A DNA stretch of 64,000 nucleotides from positions 1,688,524-1,752,523 of the forward strand of contig MU053873.1 in assembly GCA_013239625.1 (NCBI GenBank). Direction: 5' to 3'. The notes under the pieces were generated by a model. It saw nothing but the letters and a program-made list of their open reading frames with translations, ran no database searches and was not told the DNA's origin. Position numbers and translations under genes: made by a program. The DNA is from Lama guanicoe. Its lineage: Eukaryota. Positions 58,708 through 64,000 of this stretch are shown here, in pieces; position 1 is the first letter of the stretch; each line of letters starts with the position of its first letter.

Positions 58708-61190
58708 AGCATCTTTTATACCCACTGATGCTGACTCAGAGTGCAGCGCCTGCTGCCGGATCTTAGCGCTCACTTGGCCTGCTCCTTGTCTGAGAGCGGT
58801 CACCCCACTGAGGGTGTGCTCTCTGGGCGTGGCGCACCACCATACCCAGATGCCACCACACACATACCGGTGGCTCCTCTGGGACTCTAGGCCAGATTCA
58901 CCAAAAGCCAGGACTTCTGTGGGGTTGGTACAGGAGGCTCATGGAATTTTCTACACACTCCACCAAATGTTTACCTTTGAACTCCCTGCTTCTCCTCTTT
59001 GATGTGATTCTTCAACAGGATTTTTGTACAAAAGTGGTCATGGTTCTGGGGTTGGGAGAGGAAAGGGAACATATTTTGCTAAGAGGTATATATGCAGTAC
59101 CTTTTATACACAGAAATACAAATAGAGCTTTTTTAAGGCTTTCAGGTGCTGGTTGGGGATGGGATATATAAAATCTAAGTTGAATTCTACACGAAAGTGT
59201 TATTATAGTAGCCAAAAACAGGATACTGGGTTTAAAAATGCCAATGATTTGTACTTAAATTGTAGCAATTTTGGTCTCACAACTTGTAACATCACAGTAA
59301 CAATGCAATAACTCACTTGGAAATAGCGCTTCCGCCTCGAACTCTGCTCCATCAGCTCTACAAACGTCCCTGGGGCCCCACTGTCAACCAAACTTGAATT
59401 TTTAAAGAAAATTCATGTAACTCTTATCCAGGCATTTTAGAACTATGCAATTGTGATTTAAAATGCAACTTTGTGCTTTTAAAACATTACTGACCTTTTT
59501 TGTACATGGATAAACAACTCGGTTTTATTATCAATAGTACTTTGCATTTATAGCCATTATTTTTAAAAGCTCAGTTTTTTAAAATGTCGAATTTTGAATA
59601 GTCATCAATAAGCAATTATCAAGTTTGGGGAGGTTGAAATTATTAACAAACAACAACAACAAAAACCCCACAAACCTACAACTAACTAGATTTAACCAGA
59701 ATCTAGCTTCCAGCTCCTATTTCCCTTTATTACAGCTTCATTTTATTCTCTTTCCCCAACTCCAGGCCTCTAAAACCCCTTCTACCTAAATCGGTTGCCA
59801 GGTTCCCACAATCTCAGCACCTATGAGCTGCGTTTGGACCCTCATCTTAGCCGCGACTGGTGCCCCTCGCTCCTGTGGTCCTTTCATGTCCACAGCCTCA
59901 GAAACGGGGCCTTCTGCTGAGATACACATCTGAATTATTGCTGAACAGGGAAATAGATATTCCTAAAAGTGTTGTCTTAGGGGAAAAGTGGGAGGACTTT
60001 CCCTACAGCTCACTGAAATTACTGCCAGCTGGGATGAGACAAAAGCATAGTCTAGGTAGGAATAACAATTAACTTATTTTAATAAAGAAAATGAAATACT
60101 GAAAATCATGTTTAGTTGGAGAATTCACATAAGCCTTTTTTAGGTAATTCTGAAATTAAAATCCTACCATCCTCACTGCGAGGGTACATCACACATAGGT
60201 GGTCAGCCACTGGGCCTGGGACCAGCAACACAGGGAGTGGACATGAGGGCCTGGCAGGTGGGACACTAACATCAAGACCCCCAGGTGGTTTTTTAGCCTT
60301 AGGTAGGATCTCACTTTATGCACATACACTGACTGTTTGCCCTGGTCCTCACTGTACTCTGAAAGGAGGAAAAGATGATATTTATTCAGTCTGTGTTACT
60401 CTCCTGAGCTACGTCATAGTTTTTTTGTGCTTAACCCAACAGCCATGTTGACAAAAGCAGAGTAAGGATGTCACATTCTAACCCTGATCCCAACACTGGA
60501 AGAGAAATACTTTATAAAGAAGCAAGCAACTATGAGTTTGTCTTTATGTCTTTTATACATGGTAATAAAAGTACCAGTATAGCAAACAAAAGCCACGTTT
60601 ATAGCACTGTGCATTTAGCTAGCAAAATCAGGTCCTCAATAACAAGAAATAAACCTCAAAGTAAATTTTTGAATCCGTATATAGAGAGTTAGGCCGTTCC
60701 TTTCTCAGCAACTCTCAGCCTCTGTCCCAAGTGCCAGGGAGCCCTGGAGGAAAGGCCTGGGGACTGTGCTCTGTCTGTGAGGACGAGGGCGCAGCCCTGT
60801 CTGCCCACCTCTGGGCTCACACCCTCCACCACCGCTTCCCATGGCTGCTGAGCCAGCTAGGAGGACTTGTGGACCCTAACCTGGTTTCAGTTCTTACGTA
60901 CATTTGTTGTTGTAGGTTTCATGTTGAAAAGCCAAATGGAAGATGTGATTTTTTTTTTTTTTGGTCCTAGATATAAGCTTCAATGAAGGAAAGCAAGGAT
61001 GATGAAGTAACAGGACCAATCTAAAAATCACTGTGGAGTTGCCCCTACATGTTTACTGTCAGTCTTGGTGTTTTCTATGTAAGTGAAATGGATGTAAAAT
61101 CAAAGTGAATTTTTCAGGCTACCCTGAAAAAAAGTATGCACTTAAAAGTTATGCTGAGATTGTATAATTCACAGATTTCTTTGTACAGAT

Positions 61191-61380
61191 CAGGGGTTGG
61201 CAAACGATGACCCATAGGCTAAATTTGGTCAGAGGCCTGGTTTTTCACAACCATGAGTGAGGAATGGATTGTACATTTTTACATATTTATATAAGCACCT
61301 ACATAATATTCTTGATTTTACCTCTTGGTCCACAAAACCTAGAATATCTGGCCTTTTAAGAAAAAGTTTGCTGACTGCAG
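61191..61380 (+). mobile_element. MER58-family hAT-Charlie MITE inside the 3'UTR
   Basis: TIRs CAGGGGTTGGCAAAC and GTTTGCTGACTGCAG; degenerate 8-bp TSD gtacagat/atgtagat, close to the NTCTAGAN target. Confidence 0.85.
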
Positions 61381-62476
61381 ATGTAGATGACAGAAAACAC
61401 AGTTAGAATAATGTTTTGTTTCTACAATCTAGGGAAAGTGAGTGTTAGGCTGTGGATAGAACTGTCAGGCATGCATGGGACCTGAGCCATGGGATGGACC
61501 CCAATGACTCCTGCACAGTCCTTGGCTCTCGGCCCCACGTGGAAGGAGTCTATGGGTGGGGGTAAAATTTACAAAAATATTTTTCCTCACTGTATGCAGA
61601 TAGCATTGGATCTATTTCTTTTACAGCTCAGGAACCTGGAACGCCCTGCCCCTACTCTCCTCTATCAGATGCAAATATACTGAATACAAGCAATAAAATC
61701 TCCCTCTCCTAGAAGCCTTGGTATGACCACAAAGCAAGGCAGTAGACTCTTGTCTTAATTCTCACCAGCGAACCACTCAACTACTTCAATGATTTTAACT
61801 AAGTCAGTAAGCCAAGGTAAAATTAGCTACTAAAGCTTACATTTTGATGCATATTGGTATGTAGTAAATGAAAAAGTCCTCACCTCCATCTGTTTGAAAA
61901 AATTCCTGGTCCACACTGCTGCTTGCTGGGTCTCAGCAGGAGGCGTCCTGCACACACCAGCCCCATCATGCTCTGGTCTGTCCTGGTGAATCTCAGTAGG
62001 CGGTCACTACAGCAAATCCCCAGTACAGTGCCTGTCCTGCCCTTCCACCCCCGACAAGGGAACTTCGTTAGTTTCAGTTCAGGCTGGAAAAAATACCACA
62101 CGATAATTTGGTTTGTTTTTAGTGAGTTAAGAGAATGTGAAAACTGTATAATTTTCATCATGTATTTCTTCATTTTACCTAAAATAATTGTACATGTGAT
62201 TTGTGAACTGGGCCCTTGTTTGTGCCAGATCCTTCAAAGATGGTCCATGTAAGGACACACATGGTCCCTGCCTCAGACGCCTTCCCTACTCGGCACTCAT
62301 GCCCCTTGTATGCAGTGTTAGCCATCTTTGGCCTATGTGGACTTTTTTTTTTTGTAAATTACACTTTCCAGATGGCATTAAACTTTTTATATTATGAAAT
62401 TTACCATGTAAAAAGAACTTCATATTTTTATTGAGATTGCTAAGGCACTTGGCCTTCCTTTGTGATTTCAGTGTCT

Positions 62477-62482
62477 ATTAAA
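62477..62482 (+). terminator. Probable distal polyadenylation signal ATTAAA
   Basis: Upstream TGTA elements (about 62353 and 62407), U-rich context, downstream ttggttttaagtgctgt. A second ATTAAA lies at 62377. Confidence 0.55.
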
Positions 62483-62807
62483 GCATGAGCTCCCTTGGTT
62501 TTAAGTGCTGTATCTGAGTCAGTTTCTATGCACGTCCCACACTGCCTAGGTTTCTTTGCAGTACACAAAGCGGTCACGTGTCATTAATGAGCACATGCTC
62601 CTGTCTGGAGTTTAGTCCTTAAAATACACTGTAGCCTCACCTTTGCCAGGAGTAGATCCACAGAAAGCACACAGCAGAGCTGCCCCGCACACAGGCTTCT
62701 CCAGCCCTGAGTACAGGCACCTGTCGGTGGTGGTGATTTCGGGAGCTGAATGCTTCTGATCTTCTGTGTTGGAGGACAGAAATTCTACAGTGTGTAAGTG
62801 TGTAGAC

Positions 62808-63035
62808 AAACAACATAGGTTTGAACTACGCAGGTCCGCGTGCACACAGCTGTTTCCAGTAGTAAATCCTACGGTGCTATACAATCCACGGTGGGCTGAA
62901 TCTGCAGATGTAGAACCACAGATATGGAGGAACCGTAAGGAATTGTGTATATGGAGGGCAGATAGTAAGTTATATGCAGGTTCAATTGTGCAAAGTTTCG
63001 GCACCCTAACCCCCACCTTGTTCAAGGGTCAACTA
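62808..63035 (-). mobile_element. Tigger2-derived MITE (Tigger2a/MER8-like), one TIR truncated
   Basis: Right end ttgttcaagggtcaacta followed by TA; internal aacataggtttgaactacgcaggtcc and tgaatctgcagatgtagaaccacagatatggagg. Confidence 0.8.
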
Positions 63036-63039
63036 TACT

Positions 63040-64000
63040 TCAGAAAGGAAAGCAGTCCTACATATGAAAGTCTGAGATGCATGAAGAAATAATGAACGAA
63101 GAACTAGGTAAATGTGAAAAAAAAAACAAAACAAATACTGATTGTATAAAAAGAGTAATGTCTCACTTGGGTAGCAATAAAAAATTAAAATATTGGACAA
63201 TAATATGTAAAATAAAAGTTAAAGTGTTACTTGTTTTTGGGAAGAGAGAGTAGACTTTTAGAGTAAGTTAAATATGCATAATCACACACACACAAAATTG
63301 GAAGAGGATTATACCAAACTAGTTAATGGAAGAGAAATAAATTTTTAAAAACTTACTTGATCTAAAATAGGAAAAGGAGGGAACAACAAAAAACAATTTA
63401 AAAGGAGAACAAAAATAAGATGAAATAAAATAATCAGTAATCATTATAAATGTAAGTGAACTAAACTTAATTGAAAAGGAGACTGACAGACGATAGCAAC
63501 ATGCCACATGCTCTTTGAAAACTATACGCTGTTTGAAAAGAAAAAACTCAACTGCAAAAGCGTAAGGGCCCCGAATGACTGACAGTAAAAGGATTAGCGA
63601 AATAGACAGTAAAAGGCACTAATAAAAGCAAAGAAGATCCATTTTCTAATGTTAAAAAACTTAGCAGAAAGGCAAAATTCTAAATGTGTATGCAGCTAAC
63701 AATATAGTTTCAAAATTCATAAAGTAAAAACTGGTAGAACTGCAAATTTGGAGAACTACACTGTCATCACTGGAGGTTTTATCCTTTACCCTCAATAACT
63801 GATAGATGAAGCAGACAGAAATCTAGAAAGCATGTGGTAGGTTAACACAATTCAGCCAACAGGCTTGTGAAATGCAAAGAAGCGGGTCTTTGAGAGTGAA
63901 TGTATGTCTTTACAAGCACACAGAGAATATTTTATGAAAACAGACCATGTACAGGCCACGTGGCAAGTCTAGCAAATACTGAGGAATCAATATCATTGCC
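63040..64000 (+). mobile_element. Ancient L1M fragment (ORF1 end and ORF2 endonuclease relics), runs off the window
   Basis: A-rich; ataaatgtaagtgaactaaac, ctaaatgtgtatgcagctaacaa, aactgatagatgaagcagacagaaa, acagaccatgtacaggccac. Confidence 0.75.

Larger units (their letters stand above)
58708..62505 (+). other. TTC28: TTC28 3'UTR (approximate end)
   Basis: Follows the stop codon; AU-rich; ends after an ATTAAA with upstream TGTA motifs and downstream GT/T-rich sequence. The end is inferred, not observed. Confidence 0.65.

Noticed and set aside
1..64000. Several hundred 60-210 aa ORFs in the six-frame track
   Set aside because: Apart from those overlapping TTC28 exons or L1 relics, they are chance ORFs of GC-rich DNA or antisense shadows of exons, with no recognisable domains.

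Overview
Mammalian genomic DNA. A tRNA-derived SINE at 15.3 kb matches my recollection of the camelid Vic-1 family, so the host is probably a camel, llama or alpaca. The window holds the 3' part of TTC28 (TPR-CHAT protein, + strand). Bases 1-27299 are the distal part of one long intron. Eleven coding exons follow (13-23 in recalled human numbering; 3502 coding nt, all GT-AG, phases consistent, stop TAA at 58705-58707), then a ~3.8 kb 3'UTR with a probable terminal ATTAAA at 62477. The rest is interspersed repeats (old L1M, L2, MIR, Tigger1/Tigger2 derivatives, MER58, an MLT2 solo LTR) and candidate cis-elements. Almost all ORFs in the supplied track are spurious. I see no prokaryote-type system (no CRISPR array, no operon). 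The best leads are: (i) a candidate in-frame 24-nt microexon at 13650-13673 with the same UGC signature as the 24-nt exon 20; (ii) two tandem PUB-like repeats after a catalytically degenerate CHAT domain, with exon 20 supplying a helix of repeat 2 and a competing NMD-inducing donor; (iii) a long imperfect inverted repeat overlapping a G-quadruplex motif in intron 13; (iv) a GC-biased substitution cluster in exon 14. Repeat family names and comparisons with human come from memory of consensus sequences, not from searches. Repeat boundaries are approximate unless a TSD or TIR is given.
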